Below, in pieces: positions 11,529-24,600 of a stretch of DNA of 64,000 bases (its first letter is position 1; each line of letters opens with the position of its first letter). Position numbers and translations under genes: made by a program. The DNA lies in NCBI GenBank assembly GCA_002633005.1, contig NMRA01000043.1, positions 43,573 to 107,572 of the forward strand, given 5' to 3'. Below the pieces are notes generated by a model. The model made no database searches. It saw only the letters and a program-made list of their open reading frames with translations, and was not told where the DNA came from. Source of the stretch: Phoronis australis (lineage: Eukaryota > Animalia > Phoronida).

Positions 11529-14500
11529 GATCGGTATGTATTCGTATCGTGTGCCGTCCTTACTACCAGTTACTTTTAAACAAGTTGCACTTTAAACGAG
11601 TTGTATCTAGGTTTAGTACTGTTGTAAGTCTATTAATGTAGACACTGCTTGCACTGAGGCAAATTGACATACATGTGAAATTTACACAACCTCATCAAGG
11701 TAATATAATTTTTTCTAAGTTAACTTGCTCCAGTGATTATTTTTGTCTCCATATTTGTGGCATGTCGCGGGGTTTGTAGTGCGTACGCTAGGTTGAACTT
11801 GGGCACCCCTAGGCTATAAAAGTTTTGATCACAATCGCCGTTGTCGCTTGATCTCAGTTGAGACCAATAGTTGCATCAATATACTGATATATGACGTATG
11901 TTCAAGCAATTATCAGCCTTGGCGCCAGTCTTCAGTTTATCACCGTTCAATCAAATATTCGCTATCATCATAAAATCTTTCCCATGACTAGCGTTTACGT
12001 TCAGACACTTCACAGCTCCTCAATACCTATTCCATATTTTGTTTTGCTCATTTTTTCACCATGTCTCTCTTCTTTCTTTAGTTATTAACATGAGCATATT
12101 ATTTGCGCAACAACATACAAATTTACACACCGTTTGTCGCGGTATTAAACACAAGCAACCCTTGTCACAACTACAACGCAAAGCAGCCTTCACCCAAGTC
12201 ATCCAAAATGGTGTCATTTGTTAGCATTCATCTATCAGAGTCTAACATCCCAAAATGTCTCATTTTTATGACTTCCACAGAATACATTTCTAATGCATGA
12301 TTTGTGGAATTCATTAATTAAAGTGCAATATGTATTGACTCTTAAGAAAAAAGTTTATTATAGGACAACGTTGTGTTTTAGTAGGCTAACAGCTTCAAAC
12401 ATGTATAAATACAGAAAGCAGCACACTGCACCGATAAATTGTGTACTGTTGGATACAGAAATTAAAGACGCCTTCTTAAAGGCATCGAAATTTGCGTTTG
12501 TGATATTAACAAATCGACCACGTTGTTTGAAGCTGCAATAATTTCTTTCAAACAGAATTTAACTAAATTAATTAAATTGTTCAGCTTAGGAACTAGCGAG
12601 TTCTTTGATTGATAACACACTCATTTTGCCATTGCTCACGACCAGGCTCGATATGTTGACATGACGCTGCACATGTAGGTCACTTTATGCACTGAGCAAG
12701 TTGGTAGGACCCGACGGCCTGCTTCGAATGAACTGGAGCTTTAATTTCAATCTGATCTATAATGATATTGATAAAGTGCGTGTACCAGTGAAAGAAAAGG
12801 TGTTTTGAAGCATTTATTCGTTCATATTCACACACAATATAAATGGTAAAATTTCACTGGTGTAAATACGAACAGTATTAAAATTATCTGCATTTCCAGA
12901 CACTCACATTCACCTTAGGCCCTGGTGACTTGAAATCTTGCAATTGGCAATTTTTTGGAACATGAATTTCTCTATTTTGTAATATTCAAATATTTCTGTT
13001 TTAGTAAATTGAAACATGGCAAGCATTTCGCAAATATCTTTCAGTATATAAGATACTTGCCAAAATGTTTGGTCCTGTGAATTTGGCGAATGTTATCACC
13101 TCATTATAATGAACGAAAGACATGTTAACTTGAAATAAAGCAGCCCAAAAAGATGCACATCAAAGCAAATGAACAATTTTTCAAGTTCTTTCTGGCAAAA
13201 ACTGCACATATGCGACACGACTACTACACTTTTCAAGAGAATGCTATGTTTTCGGTGTGTCAAGTAATTCAAAACCATTTTAATATTGAATCATTCGTTA
13301 AGTGAACAACATAGCCTGGGGTTTTCCGCCACAACTCGTTAGTTAGCAAAGTATTTAAAACTGTCCTTCATTTTAATCATTTTTTGTACAATTGGCTAAC
13401 CAAAGCATTGAAGGTATTTACGGGATGTTTAGCAAAGTAACTACATTTTTATTGTTTCTTACTTTAAGATATTCACGTAATGTTATTCTCAAGCCGTAAA
13501 ATTCCATTAAAGATGGAGAAAAGTCGTGTGTTCCGGTAGGTTCGGTCTTTTGTCATCACATCTTCCTGTGTGTCTATAAGTGATAAATACACACAATATT
13601 ATGTTGATGCCACTTTCATACTTATATAGCTATTGTATACATGTAGCATCTATTGTTCTCAAAGAGCTTTGAGTTGAACCATAATGGTTCATAATTTTTT
13701 CTCATACTCCAAAGGGAAAGTTCTGAAGAACTTACTGACTCCAAGAAATATTTCTTTTCAGAAAAATTATGTATGCTTTATGACTAGCTATAATAAAAAT
13801 GTTACCAAAATGCGAAGGATTACCGTAGGTATTTAAAGGGATACCCATAGAGAGTACGTTTTTCCATAGGTCGTCATAAGTTGACGAAACAGCTTTAGGA
13901 TACCAAGAGGATTTCAGTGATTTAATCAACCGCTTTACGCCCAGGCACCAAGATAGAAATCTTGGTACATGTATAGAACAGTTATCTTAATTCTATCGTT
14001 TTTACCAAATGATATTAGGAAAGAGTTTTTCAACCTCATGCGCGCACCCCGCCTAAAATATAGGGGGCTCTAATTCTTCGGTACGCGAACCTTTTACAAA
14101 AGGAAATCAACGGGGACTAAATACACGGGACCACAAGGATAAGACCCATGAACCGTGCATCCGCACCGACTTCCCGTGTATTTTGTGTCGTTTACTCGGA
14201 CTTTCTGTTTCACTGAGGCGGATCCTTTTGCTCAATTTGCCAAATTTGGGGACTCGTTTGAGCTCCCCCCTCCTGGGTGCGCTGATGAACCTTTATGAAT
14301 GATAAACTTGGGTGGCGAATGTAAACACATAAATAAATGTACAAATTTACAAAGAATCAAAGATTTCACGACATTTACTCTGCCAAGAGGTGTTAGAATT
14401 CTTCTATTTCACGAATTTATACTATTTTGAAATTCCTTAAACTCACATGATCAGAGCTACGTGTATAGCCGGAAAAACTCTGAATCTTAGGTTTTGGTGT

Positions 14501-15906
14501 TTCAATGCTTACTTATATTGTAACTTTTCACAATCTTTTACACCCACAGACTACACATGTACTGTACTTCAGTGAGAAATCCAAGAAGTATGCAGTCAAG
14601 GATTAAAAGGTTTATACTCCACTGCCACTGGCGTCCATAATTAGCAGATGCTTGAGAGAAGAACAAGGCGTGCACAAACTTAACACACGACTTCCAAGGG
14701 CCACCCAGTTCATTGCCTTCAGGATCAATGGTATCGCGATGACAACAAACGCTGTTTCATTTTTAAAAGAAACTATCACTGCTTCAATGAACACTTGACA
14801 CTAATTTTATTGTTACTTTTGCACAGTAGCTTGACGTGGATGTAGCCTGTAGTTAATACAAAAGAACACGACATCTTACTCGTTTATCGTGCATCATATA
14901 CGTGTGACATTTTAATTTTAGATAATTAAACCAACAATGCTTGATCACTGTTTGTCTACATGCGACTCCAAAACTGTGATACAGAACCTGTTTTGTGATT
15001 GATGTGTTCATGTTACTTGGTTGAGGTTGAGTTTATTAAACCCCACCATCTGCTTGTGTTGATCCACGTGGTTGTGTGAATTGACTACGTAATTAAAATA
15101 AATGTGTCCATGGAAATCCATTTTGTTCGTTAATGTGATTATATCATTGCTGTTAAAATAATAAATCTGCCTTCCTTCCAATATACCAACTCTTGATTTT
15201 GACCATTTATTGGTTCGGCCCATTCCTTACTCAAAGTGAAAGCGATTCCCGCAATTAGAAAGAACTGACAGTTCGTTATAGCTCAAGTCTCATTTCATCA
15301 AGTTGGCTTGAAACGGCATGTCATTTTTGTAGGTGAATTCGTTACAAGCCAAGAAACCCATCCTCTTTTGAGTAAAGAAACTTACTAGCAGATAGAAGGT
15401 GTGTGGGGAAAATGGTGTAAATCAAAAATCAGTTTATTGTTGATGGAATGTTGATTTGTAGCAACTTTACTAATTCTGTTTCATTACATTTACATGTAAG
15501 TCCTCGTTCGATTTTTAGTATGAAACTAAGTAAATTCCGTTTATTAATGCCATAAAGAAATCACATTTATCTGAGTACTAAGTGGTAGGCAAAACGAATA
15601 TATGCGTTAGACACATAAAATACGGCGCCTGGGTAAATAACATAGTTTGTTTGACTCCAAGCAAAGTAGATAAAGCTATAAGTTTTGTGACATAACCCTT
15701 GTATTGCGAAAATATGTTGGAGTAGGCGCCTTTTGTTGTAGTCAGTACCTTTGTCGAAGGCCAGCACATCATTACAGTTCCTCATTTATGACGAAGAAAC
15801 CAAAAGTCCTGAATCAAAAATAAAAATAAAAATGAAATTTTCTTCATGAGAGAAAAAATCCTTCATTGTCTAGTGTACTTCAAAAGCTTACTCCTAATAG
15901 AATGGA

Positions 15907-16075
15907 ATCAGTTTGTCCCGTCGGAAATCCAACTTTTGGTCACATCACGTGACTCGATGAATGAAAGTCCGAAAAGATTTCTGTTTTTGACCGGGTTAGA
16001 ATTTTTTTCGGACTGATATTCATTAGGTCACGTGATGTAACCAAAAAGATGGCGAGCTGACGGGAAAAAATGATC
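15907..16075. mobile_element. Imperfect palindromic MITE-like element
   Basis: Arms cccgtc..ttttggtcacatcacgtgac..atgaat..agtccgaaaa versus ttttcggact..attcat..gtcacgtgatgtaaccaaaa..gacggg. Confidence 0.6.
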
Positions 16076-18552
16076 GCAACATAATTCCATGCCTTACTGA
16101 AAAAGATATATTTATACATACATTATTGGATGTACTGTTGGCAATCCATTGTCACAGGTGTTTTGGTATATATACTTAAATTTCAGACAAACACTAAACA
16201 AAACTCAACTAATGAATGTGTTTTATTGTGCTTAGTTTAGTTTGACTCAAACCAAACCTTATTATGAACCTACCAATAATCCATAGATATTCTTTCATGA
16301 ATATTCATGCCACAGGCGTTTCCACTTCAGTATTTGTCTAAAACGTTTATGTTGATTGCGAGACCAAATATCAGTTTTAAGTCACTTTTCATGAAACAGA
16401 CCCCTGGTACGCTAGTACCTAAATTATGTCACCCACTGCCCCTCTCCCTCCGCAGTTACCTCCACATGCGAGAGGCACATAAAGCGACGGAACAGGTGCC
16501 CCTAAGCCTATCTTGTTTAGGTCAGTGCTTTCCTCGCTTGCAACAAATTTTGAATGACACCCACTAGGACGAGATGTGGACCATGTTTTGTACAGGGCCA
16601 CAGCCAGTAACTTATTTAGCTAATTAATAATGAGGACTGCATACAGTAATAAACGTGAATAAATGCATACCGACAGCCCTGTCAGTATTCCCAAACAGCA
16701 CATTCTCAGCCTATGCAAATTTGCTTTTTTGTTATTCTCAAAGCCTGTTGGCTATTTAATTGACACAACAAAAATGACTAGGTTTATAACAATTCAATTT
16801 TAGACAGTTGTACCTATTGCTAACAGTTACAGATTCAAGTGTACATTGACAACACTAAGCAGCATTATGATGAAGTGAAACAACGGTCTGACACAGACTG
16901 CACACATGTGGATCTAGGATTTTGCAGGGGATAGACAGAACTTTGGAAGGGCATGATAACAGGTTATTACAAGTGTCATGTCAGCAATGTTGTCTTTCCC
17001 AGAGTCACGTGTGAATATTGAGGGTGTTTAACTGGATTTCCAAAACTGTCTTCATAAGAAATACTCAAAGGAATAAGCAAAATACAGGCGCAGGTTGCTT
17101 CTTATAGATCTTGTCACTGTAGTGGACACTCGTCAACATCTGCCACAGCTACACCATTATGACAATTACGGCTGGTGATACCCACCACCACCCAGTGAGT
17201 ATGGACACAGCAAGGTGAATACAATGCCTTCATCCTCAGATACATGTATACTTATGTGAGGCTGAAAAAACAAATCACATTAATTTAGAGTTGAAGTTTA
17301 AGCATGACATCAACAAAAAGGGGAATTTTGTTTTCAACAACATTCTTGTTGGTGTCAGAAGAGCTGTAAACTGGTTGTTGTTCTTCAAAAAGCCAGTGGT
17401 TCATTATTAATGATGTTGTTAGACAGCATAATTTTTCAGCATTTCATGTGGCATATTTTAGTGATACAAATGTATTTTATTACAGGTTTTCAGTTTTGTT
17501 ACCTATTAAACTTGTGTGATTACAGATGAAAGAAAACAATAAAAGTGACTTGATAGCACAGAAGGTATGTAGAAACCGATTCTATTGAGTTAAGAAAGGA
17601 GAGTGTTTCTTGCTTGCCTTCCAAGCATACATTCATATGAAAAGACCGAAATTTAATTGCCACCTCAGCCTATTCCTCTGTACATGGCTCAGTACTCTAA
17701 TCATGTTGTCATTGTTTCTTGAATTGTGTTGTTATTGCTGGTGCAGTTGTGATTACACTACGACAATCTTTTAAAAACATGACAATCATACAAAATGCCA
17801 ATCTGAGCAGTACATGGATAACATTGATCATTACATTCCATAGGATACACATTTACGCAAAAGTGTGAGCGCACCTGAAATGGAAACTTCAATTTTCTTA
17901 CGATTTTCAAACCAATTAAGTTTATTTACTGCGTTTACTTGCCAATGAATACTGATGCTAGAAAACTGATAACTGCCGACATTCAAGGAGGGTAGATGAT
18001 TTTCGAAGCACTCTTTAGGGCCTCTGCCATGTAAGCTGACGGTTAGTGTTCTTGATAAAGTGAGTCTGCAAGGACCTAGTCGCACACTCAAAATCCCAAG
18101 AAAGGGTACTTAAAAGAAAAAGAACCACTTTCGTAAAACTTCCCCTGTTCCTAGCCCTTTATTAACCCAATCGACACCATACCACTGATAATACAAAGAT
18201 AAAATTCCCAGCCACCTGTGATGTAGCCTAACCTGCTCAACCTTTATTAATGCTCGTACTGATCTGACTCTGGCTATACCCCTTTGCCTTTGAAGAGGTC
18301 CAATTCATAGTATTTTGTCCTGTAATGACGTGACCACTGCCAGTGTCCTGCAATTTGAGAACCAGATTTCTTCACTGAATAACAGGCATCAAATTTGTTG
18401 CCTCCCAATCCCACGCATGGTTTTGTATGATCTCATTTTTCTCGCAACAAGCTTCGGTCTACCAACACTTTCCAAGTTTGCTTGCATTCAACCTAAGGCT
18501 GTCATCGTTCATCCATTGTTTTGAGTTCACGTGGACTAGCAAGCTGACTAGT

Positions 18553-18712
18553 CAGAGGTGGATTTAGAGGGGAACCAAGGGGGACATGGCCCCCCTAAAT
18601 TTCTCTCAGATTCCGTTTGGCAGTTCAGGGGTGCAAATGTCTGGCGAACAAAATCCTGGCTAATGGTCTGCCCTGACCCCGCCCTCAACTCAAAATCCTG
18701 GATGAACCCCTG
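18553..18712. mobile_element. Degenerate copy of the CAGTGGCGGAT MITE
   Basis: cagaggtggatttagagggg...aaatcctggatgaacccctg; internal similarity to 386-508; TSD not preserved. Confidence 0.7.
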
Positions 18713-19552
18713 TTTTGTAGAATTTAATAGTAGAGTATAGAGTCCCTGGTGTCTGGTGATAGACGATGCTTTTCTTATGGCAATGAAAAACCAAGAATAG
18801 TTTTGCAATTCAAGTCCAAAGTCTGAAAAATGCCAGCAGGTAGAAATTCAACCCACGACCATCGAGTGACAAACAGGGTCAGTTTCAGTCACAGTATTGA
18901 TGGGCCTAGGGCTAGGGTACTGCTGCAGACTCGACTAGAACACCACGATTACTATTGAATTCCGTACGTCATTTTCCCACAGATAATGGTTTCATCTAAT
19001 TCTAAGCATAATAGTTACACTGTTCAGCTCATACAGCGAGCAAAATCGTCATGGAAACACTCAGACGGAAAATTGTAACATTAGTCTGTTGATCACACTA
19101 GCAAAAAGACATATTTAGCCACGTTTTGTTAGTAAATCTTCACTTCCAAATATTCGTAAATTTTATTAAGTTACATCCTAAAGAAAATACGATACTCGTT
19201 GACTAGTGATTTAGTGCTATTCTTTGTAAATGATGTATACTGTATTGTTTCATGTGACATGTAATTATCATGCTAGCGCAAAATAAAAATATTTAAAAAT
19301 ATTGTCATAAAAATGTCCAAGAAACGAATAAGTCATTTGCTAGGGCGAACTTCTCTTCTTAGAAGCAGTACAGGAAATAACCGACTATTTGTCTTGAGTT
19401 GCCAAAAGATCAAGCAGCACAGCATTATGGGTAACATTCGTTTGTTTTGGTCATGCAGATTTTAAGAAAATAAAAAGGCAGTAGATTGACCCCGTACTTA
19501 CGAACAGTTCTAACTAAGTATCAGAGAGTGTATTTCAATGGTTTTTATGCAG

Positions 19553-19679
19553 ATTCACGAAGTTCTTTTAAGAACTTCGTGAATTTTGAAGAAAAGAGTA
19601 AAGTCATATGATCCGTTTTAAAACGTTTTAAAAAACGTTTTAAAACGGATCATATGACTTTACTCTTTTCTTCAAAATT
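19553..19679. repeat. Two abutting perfect hairpins (15-bp and 48-bp arms, 2-nt loops)
   Basis: 19553-19567/19570-19584 and 19582-19629/19632-19679 are exact reverse complements. Confidence 0.9.
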
Positions 19680-19699
19680 TAGTGAAAACATCCGACAAA

Positions 19700-19876
19700 G
19701 AACTAAACTAAATGTAACTCCTAGTATTGTAAATGATTCTCTTCTCTCTATTCTGTTTGTCTTAGTGTCTTTTTATGTTTTTACTGACGGCCTCCGTGGA
19801 AAGCAGTGAGAATTGATCAGGCTACTCTCACTGCAAACATTACAATAATAAATAACTAAATAAATAAATAAATAAC
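19700..19876 (+). mobile_element. Probable 3' end of a LINE/SINE with (TAAA)n tail
   Basis: ggcctccgtggaaagcag... followed by aataataaataactaaataaataaataaataac. Confidence 0.35.
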
Positions 19877-20339
19877 AAAATTCTTCATTTTAGGTTTTTT
19901 TCTCGACACAAGCGTCTGTCACTTCATAGCTCCGATCCAAAGCATTCTTCTGTCTCTAGATTCGGCTTCAAACCCGAAAACTTGTAGAATTGATTTAGTG
20001 GATTAATAGTGTTTTTCAGAGATTCACTAGAACAACCGAGTATAATTGCGGCACCATCGGCATATTGCGTTATTCTATGAGATCTCGTACCTACGTTTAT
20101 TACTTTAACTCCAAAATTTTGCGTGTAGTAAACAAGATACCCATAATTTCAGCACACATGGTGAACAAATGAGGCGAAATTGGAACCCCTACCGGCACCC
20201 ACGACCTATTTCGAAGTACTCTAAATGGAAATTGTGCTGCTGGAACACGGAAAGCTGAGATCCCTTATTGAGGAGACAAACCCATCTCATAATACCTTTT
20301 CCAAAATTGAAAAATAGGCACGATATACATATACATATA

Positions 20340-21640
20340 CATATTGATTACATTTCCATTACACAGAATCAAATCAAACGTTTTCTCAAAATCTACCACC
20401 ATTAATAATCCTGGGATATTTTTGTGTTCAGTATGTTACAGTATATCATGAACGTTTCTAGTATTATCTCCAATATATCTGCCCATGAGAAATCTCTTTT
20501 GATTGCCATGTACGAGGGGATCAGCTACCAGTTTTAGGCACTGCGTAAGGCATCCAGATAAAACTTTTTAGCTGTTGTTGACCAGTGAAATTGGACGCCA
20601 GTCGCTGATATATTATCGACATTTGTTACCTTTCGTTAAGAGCAAAATCGCTGAGAATAGGAGGCGAAACAACTGTAACATATCTATTGTTAAATGATCG
20701 AACCATGAAAGAGCAAATGTCTTACCAGAAAAACTTATAAATCTCAATCGAAAAGGCGTCGGGATCTAGTAATATGTCATCCTTCATATTTTTGACAGCT
20801 AAAGCTTCCGCAATAAATATTGGCCCGTTTAGTTTGGAACTATTTACATTACTAAATTTTCGTATTTCTTTTTCCTTCACAACAGTTCCAAGTCCACACC
20901 TTCTGAAAATCATCTTTAGTTGAGTACAAATCTTTGTAAAAACTGCAAATATATGAAAGCAATGCCTCCTGATTTGTAAGTTCATTACCCTTCCGGGATT
21001 AATTTCGTAATATTTTTGCCGACGGGTGTTTCTTTTTTTCTATATTACTGAAATAATTTGTCCGTTTTTCTTCTTGGTCTATACATATGGCACAAAATCA
21101 GATAATGGCAACTTTCACGCGTTCCTCACGTAAAATGGTCAATTCAGCAGACAGCTGTTCCAAAACATCACCAAAAGCGAAGGATTGCGTATTTTCAGTT
21201 ATTTCAAATGAAACAGTAATTTGCATTTCCAATTTTTATTTGAGAATCGTTCTCGTTTTCTTCCCTTTTCGTTTGCTAAACTGAATAGTTTAAGACCATG
21301 TTTTTAAAATGAGCACTTCAAAAACGAAAGATTCCTCAATTTTGAGGTACAAATCATCATTTGGACTACCACCGTTTGGCTCTTTATTGTAAGGGGGTGC
21401 TCAACAGTCTTTTTTGTTGTCAAAAATAACTTTTTCACTAACGAAACGTATTCCAAAATCCTGGACCACGGTAAAATATGATAGTCTAATAGAAAATACA
21501 ATAGAAGAATGATCAGTTCTGCATCCAGATTCTATCTTAGAATATTCCAAGATGTTTATCAACTCCTCAGATATAAGGAAAACTCTAAAATTGCTTTCTG
21601 TCAATTTTAGTAAGCATTTTTTGGATTATTCTGTCTCCAC
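20340..21640 (-). mobile_element. Decayed L1/Tx1-clade non-LTR retrotransposon (endonuclease end + RT start)
   Basis: Minus-strand motifs FLISEEL...RTDHS, DPDAFSIEIYKFFW, DWRPISLVN, GRYIGDNTR...PGLLMVVDFEKTFD, with stops and frameshifts. Confidence 0.85.
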
Positions 21641-24418
21641 TGGTCCGTAATATAAACTGTGAAACAATATTTAAACATATTGAACTCGCTTCAAGGTTGT
21701 TGGTTAGTACGCACCCGTTGCAGGTGCTTCTTAATATTTAACTTTTATCAAAACTCATGGTCTGTAAGCACCATCCGTTCTTAAGCAGTCATAATGCTTA
21801 GGGCACGGCAGCCGGTTGCCGATAGACTATGCAGAATATCACGATTCTCACTTAAAGGTTCTCGGAATTTGAGGACCAATTTATTCCACTTAATATAGTT
21901 CAGGTATACTGCTTCTCGGCACTTAATTAAACCCACCAAAATGATTAGCGAGAATCAAAGTTTTTCTCAAATCAAAAATTGCAAGAACTTTAATTCTAGC
22001 ATGTTCTAGAGCATGTGCTAGAGCAAAGATAACTTTAGTTGATTCTGATTCATTAATTTTTTTTGAAATTTGATGCGATGATTCATTTTCTAAAAACAAA
22101 CCAATTAGAAAGAATATGAACAATGCGAAATTGTCTTTCTTTTCATCTTCATAAACCAACTTCAATGATTCATTTTTGATTGCCTGGAGTAGTTCCAAAC
22201 GTGGGACTGGAGAGGAGATTAGAATGGGGGGAATGGCGCGTGTGAGGAAGTGAACCTGTGACGGCAACCTTGAGATAATTGCAGCCAATTGGAAAGTCAG
22301 GGCTTTTCAGCCTTGCTTACGTGCTTGTATGTGACTTTTAAAAAGTTCTATACCTTGACTAAAATTGATATGAGTGAGCGCATCTTTAAGAGGTGAAGCG
22401 CATATTTCAGTATGTGTCGGCTGAAAATTAAAAACCGACTATGCTTTTTGTCTTGGCGTGTCAATCTGTCCTTTTCTCCTTCATTCCAAGATTCGGTTTT
22501 GTCAAAAAGGAGACGGTAGGCATCTATTGTAATGTACTCGGTCTACGTGGCAATGGATTGAAACATTTACTTTACTCCTGGACTCTTCAGCTTTAAGCAG
22601 GACTGGCTCACTTTTTTAGAACTTGGTCTTGGGTGTGTTGCAAAAACTAAATGATACGTTTGATTTAGCTTAAAATTTTTAAGTTTCCGATTTGCATGAT
22701 CTCAAGAGTGGGTGGCTATTAATTTTGTGGACCAGACTTCATACACTACACTACAAGGCCTTGCCCTCAAGGAAAGGATATTTGGTTTGACAGAAAAAAG
22801 TTGTGTAAACTGAAACAAAAGACAAAGAGCCATCAATATAAATGATTCAACAAATTGTCTTCGCAGCAGCAAAAATAAAGCATTGATTTCCGGCAATATC
22901 TCAATCTCGAAAACAAGCGAAATATAAGGTTGGTTGTGTTAACATGCAGCAAATCTAAAGAGAACACTAAAAAGTCTATAGTTGAGTCGAAAAATGACCC
23001 CTCGTGCACCTCCCGGACTTTAACATTTAAGTTGCCTTTTTGTAAAGAAAAATATGCGTGAAAAAAAGGGATCAACAAGCCGAAAAAGTGTCAAACGAGC
23101 CAAGTTTTTATCTCATTTAAAAATAAGATGTCTACAACAGATAATACAAGCTAAGGCTTTTTCCACAGTTTACACAACCTTGGTTTATATGACTGTGCCC
23201 TAACAATGCACGGTCGATTCACTCACGGCGAACCAAGTAACGAAGAACTCCAACAATCACGACCTTAACGCCTATTTCACCAATGTAAAGTCAATGATAA
23301 GGCATCAAATACCACTGAGGAAGCAGTCAATAAAATACACTCATAAAATCATAAATCATTGAATAATTCAAGAATGGTAAATTGTGGTGAGAATTCGATC
23401 ACCCATTGGAGAAAGCTCGTGAGGAGATCAACGTGTATTTACACACCAAATATGAAAATGTTGGGTCAAAAGATCGCGTAGCTTTAGCTCAATAAAACTG
23501 ATAAATGGACACATGACCGTCACATTAGTGCCACCTTGAGTCCGACTTCACCCAAAAATAATTTCCTCGAGGTATTAACAAAATGTTATCTCTAGCACGA
23601 ATATGATTGGCCAACAAATTTCAGCAAGAAATAAGTAAGTCTCGAAAACAGTGAGTCGGACCAAGGAACGGGTTTCAGTATGCTGATGGCGCTTGAAACG
23701 ATCTAGCGACAGCATAGAAAATTTCAGACGATCTAAACCGCCAAGGGACGCTTAAGATGCGACACAAAAACTCAATTGGAGAATAGTGATCGAAAAATCT
23801 CGTATAACTCGAGAACGGCAACAGTTAGAGCAGAAGACATAGCACATGACCATTAGCCTGTGATATGTTCTATCTATATAAAAACAATGTCACGTGACCG
23901 ATAGTCAATGAAATGATCCCTCCATAGAAAATAGCAATTATAAGAATCTCTTCCGAGACAGGAAATATGAATGTGCAAACCAAAACAGTGAAAAATGGCC
24001 ACCACAACACCACCTTTCAACTAAAAGCAGCAGGCTTCGAGCCATTCACAAGACTCGTGTTGCATTTGAATTTCACGTTGATCGAAAGCAAAATGCGACC
24101 TGTTGCGTTGGAAAAGAAAATAAATACAAAACGGCAATAAATGCACAACTTGAGTAATACTTTTTCTATCTGTTTCTTCATAATGCGCTTTATCACCCGG
24201 CATCATTCAATAACCCGGCACCATTAAATAACCCCGACACCATTCAATAGTATTTATCTCTCACTTTTCAGTGACATAAAGAACACTGACTCGCCGTCTG
24301 GTAGAAACCTTTAGCTTCTTCATGTTGATGCTTTTGAACATAGTTGGATGACGTCATATATCACCAGGTCAACACTAATAGCAACACAAATGGGAATATT
24401 TGTCGTCTGCTCTGTCAA

Positions 24419-24600
24419 ATGGCTAATAAATTCAATGAAGAAAATTTGCCAAGATTTGATGTTGTTTCAACGGAGGAGCTGGAAAAAAGATACGGTCCTC
24501 AGATAAAGCTTGAAGACGTGCAGTAGTTCGTGCAATCGAAGAAAAGTACAAACACGCAAAGCAAAACAAAATATGACGTCAATAACCTTCGCAAAGTAAT
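24419..24600 (+). pseudogene. Relic of a Crypton/DUF3504-type tyrosine recombinase N-terminus
   Basis: PRFDVVSTEEL...EDVQ*FVQSKKSTNTQSKTKYDVNNLR resembles the RF...NTxxKT start of this family; in-frame stop, truncated. Confidence 0.5.
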
